A stretch of 47,423 nt of DNA from a virus (lineage: Duplodnaviria > Caudoviricetes). This document shows positions 19,821 through 29,987 of the stretch, in pieces. A program made the position numbers and the translations under genes. The notes under the pieces are model-generated. The model saw nothing but the letters and a program-made list of their open reading frames with translations, was not told the origin of the DNA and did not search any database. The stretch is from positions 1-47,423 of the IMG/VR virus record IMGVR_UViG_3300027749_000176. One strand, 5' to 3'. Numbering within the stretch: position 1 is the stretch's first letter; every line of letters starts with the position of its first letter.

Positions 19821-20213
19821 ATGGCATACGACGCAAAACAAACTATCCCTGAAGGTTTTCACGATCTTGGCGAAGGAGACTTCGGGGGATTGCATGAGGA
19901 GGCGACTGACGCAAAGAACAAGACTGCCGAGGTTCACTATCCTGAGATTCACTTTCATGGCGCACACGCTGAACACCTAAAAAAACACCTCAAGGAACAT
20001 GGCAAGGCTACTATTCACTACAAAAAGATTTCTGAAAGTCATCGCATGGAAAATGGCAAACACCATCACTCTGTGGGAATCCAACTTCATGGAATTCGCG
20101 CCGAATCCGCAAAGGGCGATGATATGACACGCAATACCTCAAAAGAATCGCCGTCTGAAGATGCCATTGAAATGGGATTGGAAGCCGCCGCAAAAGAAAC
20201 CACTGAAAAATAA
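19821..20213 (+). CDS. His-rich hypothetical protein (start re-assigned to ATG 19821)
   Basis: HYPEIHFHGAHAEHLKKHLKEH, KHHHS; C-terminal SEDAIEMGLEAA. Confidence 0.7.
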   Translation: MAYDAKQTIPEGFHDLGEGDFGGLHEEATDAKNKTAEVHYPEIHFHGAHAEHLKKHLKEHGKATIHYKKISESHRMENGKHHHSVGIQLHGIRAESAKGDDMTRNTSKESPSEDAIEMGLEAAAKETTEK

Positions 20214-20217
20214 TACT

Positions 20218-20574
20218 ATGGCTGACAAAACTATGCCCCCTTCCGATCCAATGCCATCTCCTGACCAAGGACAAGGCCCAGCACCCATGCAAGACATGGC
20301 ATCACCAGCCCCTCAAGGTGGGGATGGTGGGTCTGTCATGATCTCAATGCCGAAGGAGGCATTTGATGCAATCCATCAGCTTATTAGCCAGCTTTCAAGT
20401 GGATTTGATAACCTCGCCCAGAGCGTAGGTCAACAAGCTAGCGGTGCTGAAGAGCCTGCAATGCCTCCTCAAGGCGGAATGCCTCCACAGGCTCCTGCTG
20501 GTGGTATGCAAGGTGGTGGTGACGACGACTTCCTAAAAAGCATCGCCCAAGAAGGAAACGCTCGTACTAAATAA
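20218..20574 (+). CDS. Pro/Gly/Gln/Met-rich hypothetical protein
   Basis: ATG 20218 after AATAATACT; low-complexity ends around one central helix. Confidence 0.65.
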   Translation: MADKTMPPSDPMPSPDQGQGPAPMQDMASPAPQGGDGGSVMISMPKEAFDAIHQLISQLSSGFDNLAQSVGQQASGAEEPAMPPQGGMPPQAPAGGMQGGGDDDFLKSIAQEGNARTK

Positions 20575-20586
20575 GGATCACAATCG

Positions 20587-23500
20587 ATGTTCGTCTCGCA
20601 AATCATTGACGAGGCTAGCGAAATTCTTGCTACTACTGACCAAACCAAGATATTTCGCAAGCTAACTCAGGCAGTCCAGATCCTCATGGAGTCTGGTCAC
20701 TACTTCCACACCAATTCGGAAGTGGATGTTTGCACTGGATGGGATGGACAGACGATTACCCTTCCTCGTGGAATTGAGGTTCCGCTTGGCGTAAATGTAG
20801 ACGGCTCTCCCCAGTATTTCAGGGGAAGGCTGTTCCAGTACCATGTCAACAAGGGTGGAATGTACAACCCCGTGTCATGGGCATGGGATGATCGCGGATT
20901 CGTCTCGACGATCATGGACATCCGCCAACCTAGCCAGCTTATTGCTGTGGCTGAACACCAGTCAGATGCGGGTTTGCAAATACGAGTGGTAGGCACGGAT
21001 GGAAACAACCGCGAACTGCGCTCACAGGACGCTAGCGGCGCAGGAATTGATGGTCTGGTGATACCAGTCCATGCCCAGTCTGACTTCCCATACGGAACGA
21101 TCCAGCCTGACGGCGTTACAATTGCAACTCGCACCGCTTCGGTATCACCAATAACGAAATTTGCCAGTGGATCGACGGCCCACAACTTCTCTGCTGGTCA
21201 GAACGTGCTTCTTGGGCTTGCCTCTGGACTTGTTCTGTCTCCCCTAATCAATGGAAGCACCTATTACACTGGCATTGTAGATAATTTTACCATCCAACTT
21301 TATCAGAGCGCGCTAGACGCTAAGAACAATACCAATCCGATTGCTATGCAGAGCATTGTTGGTGCTACGACTGGTGGGGTTACGCTTACGGACTCAAGAC
21401 CGATTAGCTTGCTAACCTGCCTCAATTTTCAGTCAGTTCCCGCCATTTCGCTGTCATCTCCTAATGAGGTGACATTTACAATTGGCTCAGGAGCTACTGC
21501 CACTGCCACAATTAATAGTGGGTCAGTAAATACAATTACCATAGTTTCTGGTGGGTCTGGTTATGTTGTTGCTCCAACAATTGTTTTTAGTGGTGGTGGA
21601 TTTACAACCACAGCATCTGCTACGGCAGTTATCACAAATGGAGTTGTTACAGGTATTTCAAATCTCGTTGGAGGTTCAGGATATACAACGCCACCAACTC
21701 TTTCAATTAACTCTGCTGGAAGCCTTGCCAGCCCACTAGTTGCAAATACGACATACTTCACGCAGAACCTTGATTCCACAAACCTTCAATTGTTTGCATC
21801 ATACAGCGATGCACTGAACAACATAAACCCAGTATATCTGTCTGGAAACAGCGGTCAGTTCAATGTGAACCTGCGTTCACCAATGGCTCCAATCACGACG
21901 TTAACATTCTCAATACCTCATTATTTTGCAACAGGAGATGTCGTGCAGGCTTTCACGGCTGGCGGAACACTTCCTCTTCCCCTAATCGCGGGACAAAATT
22001 ACTATGTCAATGTTATCACGCCAACTTCGGTAACGATCCATACAAATCAAGCCGACTCAGTTACTGGAATTAATCCGATCATCCTAACGACCTCTGGATC
22101 TGGAACAAATTCTCTTGTTAAGCTAATCCCTGCCACAGCAAACCTTGGTCAGACAAGCAACATCACCGCATCAGGGCTTTCCGTAAGCTCACCATCAGGA
22201 AGCGGCGCGGCGGCATCGGCAGTCGCTGTAGGTTCTGTTACTGGAATTACAATTACATCAGGTGGAACTGGATATACTACGCCTCCTCTTGTTCAATTTA
22301 GTCCACCACCAAACCCTCCTGTTAACACAAACCAGCAATTTAGAACAGCGACTGGGTATGCAACAATTGTTTCTGGTGGTGCTGTAACAGCAATTACAAT
22401 TACTGATGGTGGATTGGGTTATTCAGGCGCACCAACAATCTCATTTATTGGAGCAAATACAACTGGTGCAACGGCTAATGCATCTATAACTCTATCATTT
22501 GTATCTTCATTTAATATTGTTTCTGGAGGATCTGGATATACAACTCCACCAGCAGTAAAAATTACTGGCGCAGGGTCAGGAGCAACGGCTATTGCAAGCA
22601 TTTCAAATGGTCAGGTCACAAGCATAAATGTTGTTACGCAAGGTTCTGGATATGCAACCGCTCCTGTTGTTTCTATCACGCCATCGACTGGCGTATTTAT
22701 CCAATTCTCAAGCACAGGAACACTTCCATCTCCTTTAGTGGCAGGCACAACATACATTGCACAGCCACCTCTGAATGCCGCTGGTGGAACATTCAGTGTT
22801 GTTGATCAATTCTTTAACCCTGTCAACATTACTAGTAACGGAACTGGAACTTTTTATGTTCAACTTAGCAGGTCGTTTTCTATTGGATTTAATAATCAGT
22901 GGGAAGGGACATTTTCAGGACTAACAAATGGTCAGCTTGTTCAGTTTGGATCTGATTATTTGCTCCCAACACTAAGCCCAGCTTCTTCCAGTGGTTATAT
23001 TGCTTTAATTTCTAACACGCTTGCAAAGTTCTATTCAACGCAAGCCGAAGCGACAGCAAATTTTCCAATTACAAACATAAAAGTAACTAGTGGAGGGGTT
23101 AATTATTCACTTGTTCCATCAGTTGCAATAACAGGAGGCAGTGGAACATTTACTACTGCACCAACTGCAACTATTGAGCGAACTATTACTTCTACCAATA
23201 TTGTTTTTGGAGGATCTGGTTATATCACGCCTCCATCAGTAACTATTTCTGGAAGCGGAGCCTCGGCAAAAGCTACAGCCTCGGTTGGTCATATATCTAC
23301 AATATTTTCTGGGTGGATCTCAGGAACTACTCTCCATGTTACTACATATCCAATCCAAACGGATGTATTGTCAGTTGGTATGTCAATTATTGCGACAAAC
23401 ACAGCTACAGGAATACCTAGTGGTACTTATATTACTGCTTTGGGTACTGGGACAGGTGGAGTTGGAACTTATACACTTAATAATTCTTTCACTTTTGCTA

Positions 23501-25251
23501 GTTCTGGTACTCCTTCAAGCATAACTGGCCTTGCAAATGGGATCACAGCGGTAAACTTACAAGTTGGAAGTCAATCTGGAACATTTGCAACCGCTCCTGT
23601 TGTAACAATTGATGCAAGTCCGAATGGAGTCACCGCAACGGCAACTTCCACAATCAATGGAAGTGGAATAATTATAGGATTTACGATTACTGGTCAGGGA
23701 TCTGGATACACATCTATACCATCTGTAACATTTATTGGCGGAGGATACACCAGCCTAGCAACTGCTGGAGCAAGTGTTCTCAATGGATCAATCAGTTCAA
23801 TAAAAATGATTTTGGCTGGTGCAGGGTATACCGCCGCCCCAAGCGTTCAGATCGGAACACCTTGGTCTGTTAATACGCAGTATTTTATTGGACAACAAGT
23901 GTATTTTGGTTCTTATATTTATACCTGTACAGCGGCTGGTTCTACATTGGGTTCAGGAAATGGAACTCCAACACCAGCAGATCCAAACAATGGGACAGAT
24001 GCCGATCTATTCTTTTCATATGCTGGAACAATTGCAACAGCAGTTGCAAATACCTGCTATGTAAGCTCAATTTCAGTTCCAAGCGGTACTTTGGGGTATT
24101 CTACTCTACCGACAATTACTATCACGCCTGCATCTGGCGACACAACAGGAACTGGAGCCACTGCAATTGTTGTAGATAACGCGATCACAACGCTTACACT
24201 TGGCGTTGGTCAGGCTTATTACGCAGTCCAACAGCCAGCGTATGCAAAGGCGTACATCCCTGCTGGAAACCTTACCAACGGAGCCAGCTTGCTTGCTCCT
24301 TCAACTAATCAGCTGCTGAATGATGGTACGCTAGTCACATTCCAATCCAGTTCTTCTAACTCAGTCTTGCCGTATCCATTGACACTGGGGACGCAATACC
24401 AAATCAAAAATTACGGATCTGACATTTACTTATACGATTCTACAGGAACCACTCCAATTGTATTTGTGAATGGTTTAATTCCAACGCTTGCTAACGGAAC
24501 TCTGACAATGAATCATGCCGTCAGCTTCACTCCTATAGCGTCATCAACGCTTTATGTGCCTAATTCGACCTATGACACAGGCGTTCAGGTCATCGTGCGA
24601 GCAAGCTCAAATGACACCCTGCCAAACCCATTAAACACCTCTGCTGCTTACTACGCTAGGGTTGTCGATTCCAGCACAATCTCCCTCTATTACACTCAAT
24701 CCTATGCAAATACAGGTGGAACAATTGGCCTAGTATCGTATTTCAGCACTGGCAAAACGACAACTAGCTCGTTCTTTATTGATTCGCTCCTATCTCCAAC
24801 TCTTGTAAAAGCAATCCTTCACATTGAAAAGCCTGTTAGTGTTGGGTACATCAGTTTGTATGCACTTGACTATGGTCGCAGCAACGACATGGATTTGATA
24901 GGTCAGTATCACCCATCCGAAACCAATCCAAAGTACCGCCGCATTAGGATTGGAAAATCTGCCGCTTGGGCGCGCATCATTTACCGCACAAAGTCTCCAA
25001 CAATCACCAGTGTTTACGATTATATCCCTCTTGAGAATGCTCGCGCCATTCTTGCCGCTGTTCACGCTTGCGATCTGGAAGACAAGGACTTCATTGAGCA
25101 ATCCCAAAAATACTGGCAGGTTGCCATTGCATACCTCCACAACCAGAACGAAAGCATGGAGGGACACGCCATGATGCCGCCCCAGATCAATGGGTTGACG
25201 TACGGCGACCAAACCGACCCTGTTATTGACTCAGACTTTTACGGATACTAA
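20587..25251 (+). CDS. Giant tail protein: globular N- and C-termini with a long repeat insertion (adaptor/tail tubular A-like position)
   Basis: 1554 aa; about 11 GxGY..P repeats and 6 PLxxxxxYY-type repeats between non-repetitive ends; precedes the nozzle-like gene. Confidence 0.65.
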   Translation: MFVSQIIDEASEILATTDQTKIFRKLTQAVQILMESGHYFHTNSEVDVCTGWDGQTITLPRGIEVPLGVNVDGSPQYFRGRLFQYHVNKGGMYNPVSWAWDDRGFVSTIMDIRQPSQLIAVAEHQSDAGLQIRVVGTDGNNRELRSQDASGAGIDGLVIPVHAQSDFPYGTIQPDGVTIATRTASVSPITKFASGSTAHNFSAGQNVLLGLASGLVLSPLINGSTYYTGIVDNFTIQLYQSALDAKNNTNPIAMQSIVGATTGGVTLTDSRPISLLTCLNFQSVPAISLSSPNEVTFTIGSGATATATINSGSVNTITIVSGGSGYVVAPTIVFSGGGFTTTASATAVITNGVVTGISNLVGGSGYTTPPTLSINSAGSLASPLVANTTYFTQNLDSTNLQLFASYSDALNNINPVYLSGNSGQFNVNLRSPMAPITTLTFSIPHYFATGDVVQAFTAGGTLPLPLIAGQNYYVNVITPTSVTIHTNQADSVTGINPIILTTSGSGTNSLVKLIPATANLGQTSNITASGLSVSSPSGSGAAASAVAVGSVTGITITSGGTGYTTPPLVQFSPPPNPPVNTNQQFRTATGYATIVSGGAVTAITITDGGLGYSGAPTISFIGANTTGATANASITLSFVSSFNIVSGGSGYTTPPAVKITGAGSGATAIASISNGQVTSINVVTQGSGYATAPVVSITPSTGVFIQFSSTGTLPSPLVAGTTYIAQPPLNAAGGTFSVVDQFFNPVNITSNGTGTFYVQLSRSFSIGFNNQWEGTFSGLTNGQLVQFGSDYLLPTLSPASSSGYIALISNTLAKFYSTQAEATANFPITNIKVTSGGVNYSLVPSVAITGGSGTFTTAPTATIERTITSTNIVFGGSGYITPPSVTISGSGASAKATASVGHISTIFSGWISGTTLHVTTYPIQTDVLSVGMSIIATNTATGIPSGTYITALGTGTGGVGTYTLNNSFTFASSGTPSSITGLANGITAVNLQVGSQSGTFATAPVVTIDASPNGVTATATSTINGSGIIIGFTITGQGSGYTSIPSVTFIGGGYTSLATAGASVLNGSISSIKMILAGAGYTAAPSVQIGTPWSVNTQYFIGQQVYFGSYIYTCTAAGSTLGSGNGTPTPADPNNGTDADLFFSYAGTIATAVANTCYVSSISVPSGTLGYSTLPTITITPASGDTTGTGATAIVVDNAITTLTLGVGQAYYAVQQPAYAKAYIPAGNLTNGASLLAPSTNQLLNDGTLVTFQSSSSNSVLPYPLTLGTQYQIKNYGSDIYLYDSTGTTPIVFVNGLIPTLANGTLTMNHAVSFTPIASSTLYVPNSTYDTGVQVIVRASSNDTLPNPLNTSAAYYARVVDSSTISLYYTQSYANTGGTIGLVSYFSTGKTTTSSFFIDSLLSPTLVKAILHIEKPVSVGYISLYALDYGRSNDMDLIGQYHPSETNPKYRRIRIGKSAAWARIIYRTKSPTITSVYDYIPLENARAILAAVHACDLEDKDFIEQSQKYWQVAIAYLHNQNESMEGHAMMPPQINGLTYGDQTDPVIDSDFYGY

Positions 25252-27380
25252 TGAAATCTCCAAATATATCCGCTGGCAGGCGGAACAAGGTTGGAAGCGG
25301 TTGGACGGGTGGCGCAAATAGCGTTGTAAACCCTTGGACATTACCTCCGCACCAGTACAAGTGGGGAGTGAATGTGAATTGCAGGGGAGGCGTCGTTCAA
25401 ACTCGCAATGGGTTCAAGATGCGCCTGTCGTTACCCGCTGGAAACTTTCAGGGAGGCATAGTTTTTAACTCCAACAAGATTTTTCAGCCTCAGTCAACCA
25501 TTACCAACCTGTCAGGCGTTGTAATCAATACTCCAGAGCAGGTATTTACGCCACAAGGCACTGGCAGCACTTCTGTATACTTGTCCCATGCGCTGTTTTG
25601 CGTTGATGGGAATGTCTATTACGCCCCATTCCCACTGACACAGCCTGCGGATTGGAACGAATACAAGTTGACCAATATCAAGCTAGATCCAAATGTTAAA
25701 ATGGTTAACTTTGTGATCGCAACTCAGGCGGCGCAGACTGATAGCTCAAGCAATGTAACCATCACACCATCTCACAACATCGTTATCATCCAAGACGGCA
25801 TCTCGCAGCCTGCGTATTGGGATGGTAGTAACACCACGGGCGCGCAGTCATCCGTAATGCCTATCGGGTATTGGATGGCATATTCTGGAAACCGATTATG
25901 GGTAGCAAATGGCAATATTGTATCTGCATCCGACCTTGGCAACCCGCTGGGGTGGCTTGAAAGGACGCAGGGAGGCGGAAGGGGTGACTTTGACATTGGT
26001 GGAGTAGTGACTGGGATGGCTGACTACATCGGTCAAAACGCCGCAACCGCTCTTTATGTCTTTACGGACTACTCTACAATCACCCTTAAGAGTGGAATCC
26101 TTGATAGGGCAACATGGGGCGTAACACCGAACTTCCAATCTGTACTTTACCCCTCGCTTGGGTGCGTTTCTGGAAACAGCATCGCATTTCAGGCTGGACT
26201 CATGTGGTGGTACTCACAGGGCGGATTGGTAGCCGCAGACATTGCTAAGACAAGCAACCTTTCAAGCCAAGTCCTGTACAAGGATGTTGAAATGGCAAAG
26301 GTGAAGCGGCTTCTGTCGTCCGACTTGAGCGGAGTTTGCGCGGCGTCGTTTGAAAACTACCTAATGTACTCGGTTCCGTATTTGGAGCCAGTAAACAGCG
26401 AGACGATGGTGCTTGATTACTCGGTCGCATCGGAGCTTTCTGACGGCAAGCCGCCTGCATGGTGCGGGGTTTGGAATGGAATTAGGCCGATCATGTGGTC
26501 ATCCGACATCATAGAAAACGAGAATCGTCTTTTTGCATTTTCAATTGATTATGCTCCAACAAACGATGGATCGTTTAACCACCTGTGGGAGGCATTCATG
26601 CCAGAGCGTTATGATACCTACCTACAAATCAATCAGGATGGATCAACGACCGACTTTGTAAATCGCATCTATTGCCAGATGGAGACCGCTCTAATGGGTG
26701 ATGAAATGGACTATAAACAGATGGCATTTGGTGAGATCGACTGCTCTCAGATTGCGGGAACTACGGATGTGAAGGTTTCGTATCGCGGAACAAGGGGATA
26801 TTACCAGACCATATTGTCTACGCGCCTGCTTGCGGTAAACGACCCATACCAGTACAGCACAAGTCCCAATGCGGCTGAGATTGAGAGCCTTGGTTTCTTG
26901 CAAACTCAATACCGCAGGCTGATAACTGAAAATGTCAGCAGGACATCACAAGTTGCATCCTGTGAGTCAAAGTACACGATGGATGTTGACAAGGCGTTCA
27001 GCTTTTTAATCGAATGGTGCGGTCAGTTAGGCGTTGACGCTCTAAGAATGTACATGGACGAATGGCAGGAGAAATCTGTTGGACTTCCAAGCAGCAACGA
27101 GACCCAGTCGTGCGTAGTTGGCGAGAATGGTTCGTCTGTCGTCGTAACGCTTGCCTCTCCTCCGCAAGAATCGTCTGGCAATATTGTAAATACATGGAAC
27201 AGCACCCAAACAGCTACAATTACACTCTCAGCCACTAGAACAAGCCCATCGGTATCAGCGACCGCCACAGCCTCCTACACCTCGTACATCTCGCCAGCCG
27301 ACGCTCAGTCTAATGCGCTCACGCTAGCGCGTCAGGAGGCCACAAACGCCGCCAATCAGTATCGCAAGGCCAACCCATAA
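25251..27380 (+). CDS. Tail nozzle/stabilisation protein-like (tail tubular B/P22 gp10-like)
   Basis: 709 aa, beta-propeller-like strands (AYSGNRLWVA..SASD), located before the ejection genes; C-terminal SYISPADAQSNA motif. Confidence 0.55.
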   Translation: MKSPNISAGRRNKVGSGWTGGANSVVNPWTLPPHQYKWGVNVNCRGGVVQTRNGFKMRLSLPAGNFQGGIVFNSNKIFQPQSTITNLSGVVINTPEQVFTPQGTGSTSVYLSHALFCVDGNVYYAPFPLTQPADWNEYKLTNIKLDPNVKMVNFVIATQAAQTDSSSNVTITPSHNIVIIQDGISQPAYWDGSNTTGAQSSVMPIGYWMAYSGNRLWVANGNIVSASDLGNPLGWLERTQGGGRGDFDIGGVVTGMADYIGQNAATALYVFTDYSTITLKSGILDRATWGVTPNFQSVLYPSLGCVSGNSIAFQAGLMWWYSQGGLVAADIAKTSNLSSQVLYKDVEMAKVKRLLSSDLSGVCAASFENYLMYSVPYLEPVNSETMVLDYSVASELSDGKPPAWCGVWNGIRPIMWSSDIIENENRLFAFSIDYAPTNDGSFNHLWEAFMPERYDTYLQINQDGSTTDFVNRIYCQMETALMGDEMDYKQMAFGEIDCSQIAGTTDVKVSYRGTRGYYQTILSTRLLAVNDPYQYSTSPNAAEIESLGFLQTQYRRLITENVSRTSQVASCESKYTMDVDKAFSFLIEWCGQLGVDALRMYMDEWQEKSVGLPSSNETQSCVVGENGSSVVVTLASPPQESSGNIVNTWNSTQTATITLSATRTSPSVSATATASYTSYISPADAQSNALTLARQEATNAANQYRKANP

Positions 27381-27384
27381 GAAT

Positions 27385-27630
27385 ATGCCAACGATCACTC
27401 AAGCCAGCGTCCCAATTACCTCATACGCAAAGCTGTTCATCAGCCCATACGGAAATGATGGAATTGTTCCGCTGTATTCTAGCATTCCACTGAACAATCA
27501 AACAACTGGTGCTTGCTTACCTTGTGTATTGTGTGGTAATTCAAATGTCAGGCAGTCTGTGATCCAAACAGAGGCCGCCAACCCTCAATATCCATCAGCC
27601 AATACAATATCCTTGAACACAGGCGCATAA
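27385..27630 (+). CDS. Small hypothetical protein with CLPCVLC
   Basis: 81 aa, tightly packed with neighbours. Confidence 0.65.
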   Translation: MPTITQASVPITSYAKLFISPYGNDGIVPLYSSIPLNNQTTGACLPCVLCGNSNVRQSVIQTEAANPQYPSANTISLNTGA

Positions 27631-27631
27631 A

Positions 27632-28018
27632 ATGAGACACCAAATAAATTATAAATATGTTGCACCAAATACACGCGAATTTGAACAGATGCAGACATTT
27701 GCATCTAGTTTTGACCACAGCATTATACCTGATGCTAACACCAATCTTCATGCTTTCTACAGGGGAGAAACTTGTTTTGGGTATGCAGACTCCGTTTTTG
27801 TACCTGTGGTGTACCCAGCATTTCACCCTGCTTTAACGCGACCTCAAGATGTTATTCAGGTAATGAACGACTGGCGCGCATCTACTCAGTGGGCTGGAAA
27901 ACGAGGTTATATTGGAGTTCCATCTAATAATAACAACGGAAAAGGAAACTTCCCTGAAGAAACAATGAATAAGTTAGGTCTTGAAAGATTAAACAGAGAG
28001 ATATACTCTCCTTTCTAA
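27632..28018 (+). CDS. Hypothetical protein, possibly degenerate GNAT-like (T7 gp13-like position)
   Basis: 128 aa; AFYRGETCFGY and MNKLGLE faintly recall GNAT elements; first gene before the ejection block. Confidence 0.45.
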   Translation: MRHQINYKYVAPNTREFEQMQTFASSFDHSIIPDANTNLHAFYRGETCFGYADSVFVPVVYPAFHPALTRPQDVIQVMNDWRASTQWAGKRGYIGVPSNNNNGKGNFPEETMNKLGLERLNREIYSPF

Positions 28019-28020
28019 TT

Positions 28021-28839
28021 ATGGGCGGACAATCCTCAAGTTACTCACCTCCAATGCCATCGACTTATGCGACGATGGCACAGCTTGGAAATCAAGGAGC
28101 CGCAACTGCTGGTGCGCTACAGGACTATAATATGCTTCTTACAACAGGAGCAAAAATCCCTTTACAGCCATTCACACCTGACATTTTTGGAGGTGGGGGA
28201 GCGGCTACTCAGGCAGGAATGATATCTGCTGTCGATGCCTTTAAGAATAAACAGCTTGAACAGCAACAAAATGCACCAGCCGCCGCCGCGAGAGAAAACC
28301 TCATGCAGGCCGCTCAAGATTATACCTCTCCTGATTATTGGAATAAACAGATGGAGCAGTATGCCAAAACAACTGGCCTTCAAAACCAACTTGCGTCTGG
28401 ACTAGGGGACAGCACCATCGGAAAATCCGCTCTATATGATAAAGCGACTGCACAAGGACAAGCATTTAAGAATGCAAATCTTGGAGCCGCTCAAAATATC
28501 ATTGGAGCCGCCCCTACAGGCGGTTATATTGACCCTGCTTCAGCAATTTCTGCACAACAGGCCGCTCAAGCGCGGAATGCCCAATCCAGAGGTAAATTTG
28601 TTGGTAGCGTTCTTCAAGGGGCGCAGGCAAACCAACAATCTACCACAGATGCAATTAATCAATTGATGGGATCTACCTCTCAAGGAATTAATTCATGGCA
28701 ACAAAATTGGCAAAACAATGATCAAATGAATATGAATAAATCCGCACAAAATGCCGCAGGAGCAAATGCATCAACTGGTGGAATGGTTCAGGGTGGAGCA
28801 ACAATTGCCGCCGCCGCCGCCGTAGTTGCCGCTCTATAA
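28021..28839 (+). CDS. Ejection/pilot-like protein (MGG start, hydrophobic Ala-rich C-terminus)
   Basis: Gln/Ala/Gly/Asn-rich, ends VQGGATIAAAAAVVAAL; TAATG overlap with ycaO. Confidence 0.65.
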   Translation: MGGQSSSYSPPMPSTYATMAQLGNQGAATAGALQDYNMLLTTGAKIPLQPFTPDIFGGGGAATQAGMISAVDAFKNKQLEQQQNAPAAAARENLMQAAQDYTSPDYWNKQMEQYAKTTGLQNQLASGLGDSTIGKSALYDKATAQGQAFKNANLGAAQNIIGAAPTGGYIDPASAISAQQAAQARNAQSRGKFVGSVLQGAQANQQSTTDAINQLMGSTSQGINSWQQNWQNNDQMNMNKSAQNAAGANASTGGMVQGGATIAAAAAVVAAL

Positions 28840-29987
28840 TGAAGTTTAAGTTGGAGGGAGCGCAACGCGCTTGCTCTCCTGAAGATACAATAAGTAGGAT
28901 GAAGCCATTTTTTGAAATGGCTGGTATCACTAGGGTTGGTGACATTACTGGATTAGACAGGATTGGAATACCAGTTGCCCAATGCATAAGACCTGATGCA
29001 GTATCACTGGTAGTAGATTCAGGGAAGGGTTATACCAAAATGCAGGCAAGATGCAGTGCTATTATGGAGGGATTTGAAAGACATATAGCCGAAACTGCAA
29101 ACATAGAATCCATAGATACATCAGAGTCTAATTTGTTAAATTCCGAAACCAGATTTCCAATGTTTAATGGTGCGCCATACATAAAAGATGTGTCTATTAA
29201 ATGGACTACTGCAAAGACCATTTATTCACAAAAAGAAACCTTCGTCCCATTGAATTGTGTAAAAATGATACCAAGGAATTCTTTGCAAAGTATGTTGTCG
29301 GCAAATTTTTCATCTAATAGCAATGGACTTTCTAGTGGAAACACACTTGAGGAGGCAATCTGCGGTGGGCTTTATGAAGTGATAGAAAGGGATCAAGTAA
29401 CTAGGGTCTTCTGCAATCCTGAATTAGGATCAGTAGTCGATATTGATTTAATAAAGGATGAACATCTAAGCACATTGATAGAAAAAATAAAATCAAAGGA
29501 TGTAAATGTAATATTGTTTGATTGCACTGGTGACATTGGACTTCCAACATATATGTGTTACTTATGGGACAATGAGAGAGGTAACGCGCTGTGTAGGGGG
29601 TATGCCGCTCATCTTAACCCTGTAGTAGCCCAAAGCAGGGCAATATGTGAGGCAATACAAGGAAGGGTGGTTTGGATTGCAGGTAGCCGCGATGATATTA
29701 CGCACGAAAAATTTGTAGCATCTAAGAATGATGACACTATTGAAATGGTTGATTCATTGAAAAATTGGAAACCCAAAAAACATATAGAAAGATATGATAT
29801 GAGCGGAAATCTATTTTCAGATGACATTGCAAAGATACTTTCATTACTGGAAAAAGCAGGCATTCCTGAACCATTGATATGCGAATTCCAGCACCAGTAT
29901 CCTTGTAGCGCGGTAAGGATTATGATCCCAACACTTGAAGGGTATTACAATAACTTCATCCAGCGCGGAGCGCGTTCTGTGGCATGA
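28839..29987 (+). CDS. ycaO: YcaO-family ATP-dependent enzyme, TfuA-associated (thioamide-forming) type
   Basis: GITRVGDITGLDRIGIPV, SGKG..SAIMEGFER, SNGLSSGNTLEEAI..GLYEVIERD, AHLNP..RAICEAIQGR..IAGSRDDI, C-terminal RIMIPTLE. Confidence 0.95.
   Translation: MKFKLEGAQRACSPEDTISRMKPFFEMAGITRVGDITGLDRIGIPVAQCIRPDAVSLVVDSGKGYTKMQARCSAIMEGFERHIAETANIESIDTSESNLLNSETRFPMFNGAPYIKDVSIKWTTAKTIYSQKETFVPLNCVKMIPRNSLQSMLSANFSSNSNGLSSGNTLEEAICGGLYEVIERDQVTRVFCNPELGSVVDIDLIKDEHLSTLIEKIKSKDVNVILFDCTGDIGLPTYMCYLWDNERGNALCRGYAAHLNPVVAQSRAICEAIQGRVVWIAGSRDDITHEKFVASKNDDTIEMVDSLKNWKPKKHIERYDMSGNLFSDDIAKILSLLEKAGIPEPLICEFQHQYPCSAVRIMIPTLEGYYNNFIQRGARSVA

Noticed and set aside
28839-29987. YcaO as an azoline-forming cyclodehydratase of a TOMM cluster
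   Set aside because: Paired with TfuA; no E1-like partner, dehydrogenase or Cys/Ser/Thr-rich precursor; no PxP C-terminus.
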